NCBI GenBank assembly: GCA_032718475.1
Contig: JAUCBJ010004986.1
Coordinates: forward strand, 1-64,000
Reading direction: 5' to 3'
Length of the DNA stretch: 64,000 nucleotides
From: Nemertoderma westbladi
Lineage: Eukaryota; Animalia; Xenacoelomorpha
The position numbers and the translations under genes were made by a program. Shown one piece after another: positions 54,528 through 64,000 of this stretch. Positions within the stretch are counted from its first letter, which is position 1. Each line of letters opens with the position of its first letter. The notes beneath the pieces are model-generated. The model had not been told where the DNA came from. It ran no database searches and worked only from the letters and a program-made list of their open reading frames with translations.

Positions 54528-56153
54528 TCAGGATAGTTCCTGTATGGGGGTGTTCTCCAACCAAAGTCTGTGTAGGAACTCGTACAGAGCAGATGTAACT
54601 GAGACCTTGTAGGGTGTCGGGTTCAACGACCTCTTGTGGTCGTCCCGTAGAACAGACAAGGACTCTGCGGCCTTCCTGCGGACTTCCACCAATGTGGGGA
54701 ACTTGTAGGCGGAAGTCCCGCGGTCCCAGACCAACTTGTGTAGCCGTTCCACCCGCGATGGGACGACAAACACCCGACACGCCTCTTGCAGTGGATGTCT
54801 GCACAGTACCTTGGTCCCAGCTAGGGGCGCCTCCTCATCGCACTGCGCTAGGAGGTCTAACAACGCGTCCCCTTGACTACCAAATAGTCGGTAGACCACC
54901 TTCCGTCCGGGGAACGTCAACTTCTCCAAGTCCTGGGAGAGTTTAATGCGCGGTTGTCCGTCCGTCTCGACCAGCTTGTAAACGCATCCCAGCGCCGGTT
55001 GACGCTGACAGGTTACAAGATGCGTCCCGATTCCGAAACTGTCGATACAGTGGCCCTGCTGCTTGAGAGAGACCAAGGTGTCCTCGTTGATGTCGTTGGA
55101 GGCAACAATGTTCAGCTGGGCGAACCACGGCAGTTCAAAACGCGAGGCGATCACACGGAAACACTCCCGAGTGCGTTTAGATAGATAGGAGAGGTCGCCG
55201 GAATCCAGTCGGATTCCTTGAGCTCGGAATCCGAAGCTGTTCAACGCGACGGCCACGCAGCAGAAGTTGGGGACACCGGAGTTGATGACGTCATACGTGT
55301 CTACTAGAGCGAGGAATGTCTCCGGGAAGGAGACCGCGTAGGCGATGAATGCGGCGAGCTCACCGGGGTTGGTGTCGGCAACGCAGCTGAGAGCGGCGCG
55401 GACCGACGGCAGAGAGGCGTGGACCGCGGAGAGGAGGCGGTCGAGGTCCGGCAAGTTGGGACCCCGCGGGACCCGGTCGAGGTCAGCCAACGACGAGAAG
55501 GAGCTGACGAACGAGTGAGCGTGGGTGCCCGCAACCGGGATCCCGAATAACTTGCCGGCGAGGACGTTGCTTGTCGAATCGAACCCCCCGAGGTAGCAGT
55601 AGCGGGACGCGGACAGCCCGCCGTCAGGGCCCTGCGCCCGACGCAATCCGAACTCCAGCAGTCGCTTATTGGGTCCCGCAGCCATCCGGAACCGCGCCGC
55701 ATTAGTCGCCACTAGACTCGCATAGTTTATCAACGTTAACAAAGTCGTCTCCATGAGTTGCACCACCGCTAATGGCCCTTCCACCCGGAGTACCGGTACT
55801 TTAGGAAACATTACGTTCCCTTCTTCCAAAGCGAAGATAGAAACCTCGTTACTTGTAAGTTTCGCCAAATAATCGAAAAATCCAGGTTTCGCGTTCTTCA
55901 TTACACTCCGTAAATAATCGAGGTCAGATGACGTGAATTTAAATTCCTGGACGTATTTTATTGCTTCTTCCAGCCCTCCGAATATTGTGAATTCGCCTCC
56001 GAAAGGATTTTTACGGAAGAACAACTCGAAGGTTGAAATTTGTTGCGCACGGCCTGTGTTCCAATACGCGTAAGCCATTGTTATTTGATACAAATCTGTT
56101 AACAGCGGTTGTACAATGGAGTTCTCCGGGTGGCTAGATCTATTTTCCGCCAT
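54528..56153 (-). CDS. NAPRT: Nicotinate phosphoribosyltransferase, 541 aa, uninterrupted ORF
   Basis: Family motifs [89 protein letters not shown] in accATGG context. AATAAA on the minus strand at 54460-54465. Confidence 0.95.
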   Translation of the reverse strand: MAENRSSHPENSIVQPLLTDLYQITMAYAYWNTGRAQQISTFELFFRKNPFGGEFTIFGGLEEAIKYVQEFKFTSSDLDYLRSVMKNAKPGFFDYLAKLTSNEVSIFALEEGNVMFPKVPVLRVEGPLAVVQLMETTLLTLINYASLVATNAARFRMAAGPNKRLLEFGLRRAQGPDGGLSASRYCYLGGFDSTSNVLAGKLFGIPVAGTHAHSFVSSFSSLADLDRVPRGPNLPDLDRLLSAVHASLPSVRAALSCVADTNPGELAAFIAYAVSFPETFLALVDTYDVINSGVPNFCCVAVALNSFGFRAQGIRLDSGDLSYLSKRTRECFRVIASRFELPWFAQLNIVASNDINEDTLVSLKQQGHCIDSFGIGTHLVTCQRQPALGCVYKLVETDGQPRIKLSQDLEKLTFPGRKVVYRLFGSQGDALLDLLAQCDEEAPLAGTKVLCRHPLQEACRVFVVPSRVERLHKLVWDRGTSAYKFPTLVEVRRKAAESLSVLRDDHKRSLNPTPYKVSVTSALYEFLHRLWLENTPIQELS

Positions 56154-58099
56154 GGTCTGATGGTTGGTTCCCTTTTACAGTTTTATTCCAGTACCGGTAG
56201 CCCTACAGTTACTAACTGTACTATTTCAGTATTTCCAGATTACAGAACTGCAGAATTACTTTGTACTTCCTGATTTAGTCTGATAGTTTCAGAGTTTATG
56301 CTACAGCAGTACAGGCAGTGGCAGACAGGTATTATTCAGTTATTACCACCTTGACACAGACTCCCAAACGTTGTCTACCATCTTGTAGTCTTGATTACAT
56401 TACAATATTAAGGCTGAATTAAGAAATAGGGTACGTTTATTTCGCGCCATGTCGATATGCACGCATACAAGTAAATTATTACAGTATTAGTGTTAATAGA
56501 TTGAAGTAAACGCTTGAAGAACCATTAATATTAACTGATAATTAATTAAATTATTTAATTACCGGTAATTGTCAAGCAAGTTTAAGTAAAAATCCTTACC
56601 GGTAGGTATCCAAGGACCAAAGTACAGAAGTATGTAAAAAAAAAGCTAGACCTAGACAGTTGCATGCAATCAATGCAGCAGTGATCAGCTGACGGCTGTC
56701 GCATAGTCGAGTCAATCTAGCAAAAAACCCATAAGTATTTCGCAATCAATCCGAACCACACATTTTGGATTCTATATTACCTTATTAATGACCAAAAAAA
56801 GGTCTATAAAATTTTATTTTGCGGATCATATGTTTATTCATGGAAATTCTGCGTAAATTTGCATAACACAAGCCAAACAAAAGGAACAGTATGGAAAAGT
56901 AAGTAGCAAATTGATGATGTTCCAGAATAATTTAATTAATTTCACAATAAGCTGTGATTCAATGGGAAATTAGTAATATTTACACGGCGTGTTACACATT
57001 AATTGCTATATCTCGGAGACTACAAGTCGCATCAAATTTTTAAATATATCAAAAACTTCGCGATATATTAAGGTAACCGTTGTAAAAAAATTATACAATT
57101 CCACTACAAGGAAATTTCATAATTTCCATTAATGTTAGTGAAGATTTTTCACATAATAAAATTGTGATTGCTTGATTTTAGGTGTAATTTATTTATTTGT
57201 TTTAGTTTGAAAACCACAATAGTTTATCATATAACGAATACATTTTTTGGGGATACAGGTTTTTGAGGTCGATAAATCCGATGGGCGAGGTTACATCCAC
57301 CCGTTTAGTAGAGAAGTTGTGTAAATAAGGTCCTTATATTGTACCCGCAAAATTGGTATTAAAAATTTATAAATTATTAGACAAATTTCCGTTGCGCTGG
57401 TAACTAAATTGGTAACTATCTAGAACTGCATACTTCTGTCAAGCGATAGTCATTAGAGTAAAGTTTGTCTGTACTAAATTTGGAGAAAATCCCACCAATA
57501 GACCCCTTGTTGCTATGTAAAATCCATGTTGCTAAGGAAAGAAACAGGAAATTGAAGGTGATCCGCATAATATATTTTTTATAGACTTTTTTGGGGGTAT
57601 TAACAAGGTAATGTAGAATAAAAAAAAATTGGTTTGGATGAATTGCGAATTTGTTATGGGTTGACCCCCTTTTTCGGCTAGATTGACTCGCCTAGCAGCT
57701 GACCGGTAGGTTTCGCATCAGGAAGGAAGGCAATCTCAGTACAGCAGTAGGCCATGACATTTATAAGTCCCAAGGGGGGAAGGGGAGAAGGAACGGAAAC
57801 ACAGAGATACCAGTAACTATCGACTGGGAAGCAGCACCACAAACTTGCGCCAATCACGTTTTTGCGTGTTGATAATGGGCCGGCGAGTGCGAATATAATA
57901 CATTTCAAAGTTTTGCAGACAGGCAACAGTGGGTGCCGTGCAATTACTTTGAAATGTTTAAATAGCTCGCGCGCCAGTCAGCCAGCCGACTTACCGAGAG
58001 CGTGACAATGTCCGACTCAACGATAAAGATGTAATGTACAGAACAATTTATTATAAAACGTAATTACAGTATAAATAGTAAATAATTAATAAACTAATA

Positions 58100-61000
58100 A
58101 CTTACTGTAGGACTATTGTACAAATTTTTACATTGCACACGGAGGTGAGATTTAACTGCAGATTTAAAAGAATGTTGATTTATCTAGGTTTTTAATTTCA
58201 TTAGGCAGAGCGTTCCAATTTTTAATGCCGTTAAAAAAGAAAGTATCAGATTCAAAGGATTTACAATTCGGGAGGTAGAAGTATGAAGCACTAGCTCTGG
58301 TACTGTAAGAGTGTGTATCGCGTACTCTGTTGAAATTTTGTTTTAGGTAATTGGGACATTTACCATTATACACTTTATGTACATGGTTAAGGCGTAGCTG
58401 CTTAACTCTACTATCTAAGTTTAGTCCAGATTCAGAAAAGTCATCTGGAGTTAGGTGGTGCCTAGGTTTGTAGTCTTTAATAAATCGTACTACTTTATTC
58501 TGAGCTACTTGTAATTTACATTTAAGCTGATTGGTTAAGCCTTCATACCAAGAAGAGCATGCATTGTCCATGTGACACTGTATTAAAGAAGAGCAAAGTA
58601 ACTTACGGGAGTCGGTGTTTAAACTATTTTTATTTCTGTATAGAAACCTAAGCCTACTGTTAACTTTCGAGAAAATATTTTTCACTGTACTTTCTCTTGA
58701 TAAGCAGTTATCCAATGTGGCGCCTAAATATTTAAGTTGTATATATTATATATAATATTTATTTTGTAGGTCCAACATTACCATACCAGTATATAAACCC
58801 CTTGCGTTATTACATCTTCGAATACGTAAGGGAAAGGCATGGGCAGCCTTGAATAGGCTTTCCAGGATTTGGAAGTCACCTAGAATTAATCGGAAACTTA
58901 AGGTCCGATTATTTAGAGCAGCAGTAGTTCCAGTACTCCTCTACGGGAGTCCATGCTGGGCTCTAACTGCTGAGGACACCAAATCTCTGGATGGCACATT
59001 CACAAGAATGCTACGCCGGGTACATTGTGTCAAGTACAATGCACACATCTCCAACCAGACACTATATAACATTGGAGGTGTCTCATTGGTTCCCCCAAGC
59101 TTGACACTAGAACAAAATCGCCTCCGCTTTGCAGGACATTGCTTTCGCCGTGAGGACCAGCCAGTGCATAATCTTGTACTTTGGCAGCCTCATGGAGTGA
59201 ATAAGCATGGTGGACAGCCCATGACTTTCTTGAGACGCATCTTAAAGGACACTGGCCTTAAAGATGCGGATGATCTAGCAAATGTCATGGGTGATAGGGA
59301 GTTGTGGCGGTGCAATTTTGTTGACAAGCCGGCACAGCATTCTTAAAAATGCAGCTGCAATGCAGCATGCCGATCCTAGTAGTAGTTATTACATCTAATT
59401 GTATCAGTTAAGTTAATAAGACAGGTGTCTGTAGAATATGATTTACGAAAGCCGGACTGAAGTTCATAGATCAGATTTAGCCTACTAAGATGTGCTTCCA
59501 GCTGTAGAAAAACAGAACGTTCTAGAATTTTAGATACAATACTTAAGATACTAACAGGTCTGTAATTACAGGGTTCTACTTTACTATTCTTTTTATACAG
59601 AGGAACAACCTTAGCTAATTTCAGTTCGTCTGGTACTACATTATCTACGATAGAGTAATTAATAATAAAAGTAATAGGCACTTTAAGTACTTCAGCACCA
59701 TCCTTAAGAAAACGGGCAGGTATTAGGTCTAGACCGGTACTTTTTGAGGCTGATAGGCTAAGTAGATTTTGAAAAACGAAATCCTCAGAAACGGGTTTTA
59801 AAAATAACTTTTCTGAATTTTGTAACTTTTCTAAATAAAAATTATTTAGAGTTTCGGACCCTATACTATATTTATTACTTGATAACGGTAACTTCTTAAC
59901 TAAATTAGAGGCAACATTAGTAAAATAATTATTAAATAAATTACTAACTAGAGTATGATCATGAATCAGCTCACCGTTATCTTGCAGAACAATATTCGAT
60001 TTAGATTTAAGGTTTTTATAACCTAAAGATTTTAGGGTAGACCATAGACTTTTAGGATTATCTTTATTCTCACTTATTTTGTTGTACAAATATTCAGATT
60101 TCGCTTTTTTTATTTCCCGTTGGACAAGGTTTCTATATTTGCAGTAATCATTATAATCAGCTAAAACACGGTATTTCCTAAATTTATACAAATAGTTATC
60201 TCTTTCTCTGATATTACTAAGAATACCCCAGGTCATCCAGGGCTCAGTGCGTTGTTTAAGTCTAATTTCTTTAATTGGTGCTACAGTATTAAGTGCCTTT
60301 AGAAATATATCTTTAAAAACAGTGTACGCAAGGTTAATGTCAGCGGCCTTAAAACATGGTTCCCAGTCAGAATTAACTAACAAACTTAAAAAGCGTTCCT
60401 TGCTGTAATTTTTCATAGACCTAACTGTTACTGTTTTATTATCCCCGAAAAAAGATTTTTGTGTCTTTCTTGTGCAAAAAACTATAAAATGATCGCTTAG
60501 ACCTATAGGTAAAACCCCAGATTGAGAAATAATATCGGTATTATTACAAAGGATGGGATCTAGTAAAGTAGAAGTTTTACTGGTAATTCTGGTAGAATCT
60601 CGAATAATTTGTTTTAAACCAAACAAATTTAAAATACTTTGGTACTGTTTACAGATGGGGGATGCTTTGTGATGGTAACAGATATTAAAATCACCTAAGA
60701 AATATATTTCACAGTCTGACCTAAGATTACATAAAATTGTATTTTCAAAGTTTTGCAAAAAGTCTGATTGTTTAGGGGGCCGATATAAAGTACCGATTAA
60801 AATAGGTTTCGTTTTAGGAAGTAAAAGTTCCACCAGTAAAACTTCGTCACAAGTCTCTAAATCTTCCCTACGATTAAAAGCTAAATCACATCGAATGTAA
60901 GTACAGACACCACCACCATGTCTGTCCCTATCCTTACGTAAAACTACATAATTATCAATATAAATTTCTCATCAGAAACACTATCATCCAGCCAAGTTTC

Positions 61001-61455
61001 AGAGATTGTTAAAACTGCTGGGTTGGATTTATTGATTAAAATACGAATTTCGGAAAGTTTGGGAAGCAGAGATCGTGAATTTAAATGCAAAAATGCAGAC
61101 CTTTTTTCTTAAAAAATTTAAAAGTATCACTCTCAGCATCACTTGGAGTTTGCAGAGGCGATGTGAGGAATGAATCGTCGGTTTCTGATTCTAAAATAGT
61201 ATCATGAAAGGGAAGTTCAGTAAAAATACAGCTATTGCAGAGAAAACTTGGCTCAAGATTGTTTCTGGTGGAGAATAAATTACTGCTTTTCCTACGGTAA
61301 CATTTTAAATGTACAAATGTGTCACAACTCTCGCATTGGACGATCTTACTCCGAGAGTTTGTTCCTCGTTGACAGACGGGACAGTTGATTTTTGGGGCCC
61401 GCGTTCTGCTGGGTCCTGGGTTGGTCTCAATATCCCCAGCCAGAGACAGACATCT
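58100..61455 (-). mobile_element. Decayed CR1/L2-group LINE ORF2: 2A-like motif, PHD finger, APE endonuclease, RT (core deleted), C-terminal region
   Basis: GDIETNPGP; CPVC..CESC..HLKC..CNSC; YRPP, GDFN, SDH; KAKVVPLYK, NYRPVSIL, QSGFR; GLYTGMVMLDLQ; LKYLG. Frameshifts near 61085 and 60970. Interrupted by an RTE copy. The 3' boundary is approximate. Confidence 0.88.
58816..59385 (+). mobile_element. 5'-truncated RTE-clade LINE with (TAG)n tail, nested in the CR1/L2-like element
   Basis: KVRLFRAAVVPVLLYGS..W..T, RLRFAGHCFR, DRELWR. Tail tagtagtag. gttattacatct duplicated at 58806-58817 and 59385-59396. Confidence 0.88.
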
Positions 61456-62640
61456 GAGGTTATAAATTACCATATTAGAAATTCATCGCCGGTTTATGGT
61501 GCATTGCTGGTGGATTTTACTAAAGCTTTTGATATGATTCATTGATTGAGTGGCCGAAATTATTTTTAAAGTTAATGAAGAAAGGTTGTTCGGTTTTATT
61601 TTAAGGTGTTTATTATTGTTCATATGTAGAAACCTAACATGTGTAGAGAAATGGTTAAACAGTATGTACATAAGTCATTTATATTTTCTGTATCTAATGG
61701 GGTGCGTCAAGGTTGTGTCTTTGCCAATTTTATTTTCTGTAATTTTGAATATTTTAATTAAAACCCTCCGGAATTCTAGGGTACGATGTTTTATTGAAGG
61801 ACAATATTTTGGTGTAGTAGCGTATGTTGATGATGTATTACTGTTATGTCCATGGCCGTGGTAGGATTACAAATAATTTAGTGAGTTTGTCTTCAGTTTT
61901 TTGCCGAACCTGCTACACCTTTGAGTACAAATATTGTTGCAAATGCAAGTGTATCCCGTTTGGTCACAAATGGGACCCACCGGTGGTTAAAACCTGTATT
62001 GGCAAAATATCTCTACTGTGGGTTACAGAAGCTTCTCATTTAGGAATATAGCGTGATTATACAGTAAATGCAGTTTGGCTGGCGATATTTTATTTAAATT
62101 TATTAGGAAATTGAATACTATTTTTTTACAATACACCCCAGTCGTGGTAAACAGAACGGTGTATATTAAAATTGATCTTTATTAATAAACCATAAATATA
62201 AAACGAATATGTACATATGTATGTCTATATTATTATGAGAGTTATAAAGGTTGTAGACTTAAGTGGATGCGAATGCGAGAACAGACAGAGCCTGTCTGAG
62301 GGCGGATGAAAAGGCATCGGATTGAGGCAGATTTTAAAGTGAAACCCGTGAGAGGGGCATCGAGTAATAACATGTCTGATCGGTTGAGTGGGGCGTTTCC
62401 AGTTATCTGATGAGAATGCAGGTCCGTTTAGGTTAGGTTCATTAAATAGTATTATGCAGGAGTTTTACTTCGCACACCCTAGTAATATTATGCTTATACA
62501 AAAATTGTATGCCGTTTGTCTTTTTAATTGTCTTTTTATGGTTGTTGTACTTGGAATCTATGGTGAGACAAATGTCATAGACTTTTGACGAGTTGGAATA
62601 TAAATGTTAGGATTGTCAGTCATCTACCCTTTAAAGGACA
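61456..62640 (+). mobile_element. Old, heavily mutated RT fragment (RTE-X-like LINE)
   Basis: Broken motifs VYGALLVDFTKAFDMI, NGVRQG, ILFSVILNILIK.LRNS..C.I.GQYFGVVAYVDDVLLLCP, HLG. Many stops and frameshifts. Boundaries approximate. Confidence 0.65.
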
Positions 62641-62699
62641 TGCGTAGAACATAGTCAACAACAATTATGAACAAGAATGGTGCAAGTGTGTCTCCTGGG

Positions 62700-63700
62700 G
62701 GGCTTCCTCCAGGGAGACACACGTGCACCATTCTTATTCATAATTGTTGTTGACTATGTTCTACGCATGTCCTTAGATCATCATAATGATGATGGGGTGA
62801 TGATAACTCCACCTACTGGCTCCAGAAGTCGAGGAAATCCTGCCAAGTACCTAACTGATCTAGACTTTGGTGATGACTTAGGAGTACTCTCAGAATCACT
62901 AGAGGGAGCCCAACAGCTCCTCAGCTCATTAGAGCTCGAGAGAGCTGCTTCTAGTGTTGGTCTTTTTATTAACTCCAGAAAGACCACAATTTTGACAGTT
63001 AACTTTGAAAGTCCTCAGCAAGTCTCTGATCGGATGAGCATAAGCTCAAAAGATGGTATGCTTGAGCATGTGGATGACTTCTGTTACCTGGGATCATGGA
63101 TCCGGAAGTCAGGTGAGGACCTTCGACTACGTAAGGGAAAGGCATGGGCAGCCTTGAATAGGCTTTCCAGGATTTGGAAGTCAACGAGAATTAATCGGAA
63201 ACTTAAGGTCCGATTATTTAGAGCAGCAGTAGTTCCAGTACTCCTCTATGGGAGTCCATGCTGGGCTCTAACTGCTGAGGACACCAAATCTCTGGATGGC
63301 ACATTCACAAGAATGCTACGCCGTGTTCATTGTGTCAAGTAAAATGCACACATCTCCAACCAGACAATATATAATATTGGAGGTGTCGTGTCTCATTGGT
63401 TCCCCCAGGCTTGACACTAGAACAAAATCGCCTCCGCTTTGCAGGACATTGCTTTCGCCGTGAGGACCAGCCAGTGCATAATCGTGTACTTTGGCAGCCT
63501 CATGGAGTGAATAAGCATGGTGGACAGCCCATGACTTTCTTGAGACGCATCTTAAAGGACACTGGCCTTGAAGATGCGGATGATCTAGCAAATGTCATGG
63601 GTGATAGGGAGTTGTGGCGGTGCAATTTTGTCGATAAGCCGGCACAGCATTCTTAAAAATACAGCTGCAATGCAGCATGCCGATCCTAGTAGTAGTAGTA
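62700..63700 (+). mobile_element. Second, longer 5'-truncated copy of the same RTE family (pseudogenised)
   Basis: LQGDTRAPFLFIIVVD, DLDFGDD, FCYLGS. The 3' ~570 nt is nearly identical to 58816-59385. Stop at 63340-63342, 5-nt duplication gtgtc, (TAG)n tail. Confidence 0.88.
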
Positions 63701-63852
63701 CATGTAGTACCTTTAAATGCTCATCGTTTTTTTGTTAATGAAATTGTTTAATTAATTAAATCCTTGGATTATACTTTGTAAAAATTTTGTTTCCTTTTGT
63801 AATTGTGTTAGAAATTTAGATAGGCTGTGTGTTAAATTCCTTATCTATTCAG

Positions 63853-63870
63853 TTCTGACTGTGGAAGCCG
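63853..63870 (+). CDS. Putative 18-nt microexon (phase 1/1) of the receptor gene
   Basis: ttccttatctattcag acceptor and CCG|gtaagt donor. Joining to the exon ending at 51985 gives an open frame ...GHTN-ILTVEA. Confidence 0.6.
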
Positions 63871-64000
63871 GTAAGTGTACCGGTAATAATCTTCTGTGGA
63901 AGCCGGTAAGTGTACCGGTAATAATCTTCTGTGGAATCCGGTAAGTGTACCGGTAATAATCTTCTGTGGAAGCCGGTAAGTGTACCGGTAATAATCTTCT
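63859..64000 (+). repeat. 35-bp tandem array (at least 4 copies, runs off the window) of microexon end plus GTAAGT donor plus intron start
   Basis: Unit ctgtggaagccg|gtaagtgtaccggtaataatctt at 63859, 63894, 63929 and 63964. Confidence 0.93.

Noticed and set aside
54508-55702. Several ORFs overlapping NAPRT
   Set aside because: Shadow frames of a GC-rich coding region.
54528-56153. Bacterial pncB horizontal transfer
   Set aside because: Length and motifs ([20 protein letters not shown]-terminus) look eukaryote-type. A phylogeny would be needed to claim otherwise.
56400-57680. Possible non-autonomous DNA element upstream of NAPRT
   Set aside because: The composition is suggestive, but I could not find matching TIRs or a TSD by eye.
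58760-58830. Possible + strand exon (ttttgtag|gtcc...gtaag)
   Set aside because: The sequence is antisense LINE RT coding (GLYTGMVMLDLQ) plus the RTE junction.
61456-61473. ATG at 61473 as the LINE ORF2 start
   Set aside because: This stretch reads better as + strand RTE-X-like coding (EVINYHIRNSSPVY), so the ATG is probably fortuitous.

Overview
AT-rich eukaryotic (probably invertebrate animal) genomic DNA, mostly intronic sequence of a + strand single-pass receptor gene (IPT/TIG domain plus TM; MET/RON- or plexin-like). Three exons are visible: 51385-51543, 51751-51985 and a putative 18-nt microexon at 63853-63870. About 44 kb is a 52/48/46-bp satellite, interrupted by a 5'-truncated Penelope-like element (GIY-YIG, hammerhead-like motif, internal 154-bp array) and by a TTAA-targeting TIR element. 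The next intron holds an antisense intronless NAPRT gene and nested LINE debris (a CR1/L2-group element with a 2A-like DIETNPGP motif, two RTE copies and an old RTE-X-like fragment). The main observation is that three unrelated tandem arrays (52, 42 and 35 bp) each appear to be an amplified exon 3' end plus 5' splice site plus about 21-23 nt of intron of the host gene, i.e. splice-donor-anchored satellites. This is seen directly for the 42-bp and 35-bp arrays and inferred for the 52-bp array, whose parent exon lies upstream of the window. All coordinates and counts were done by eye.
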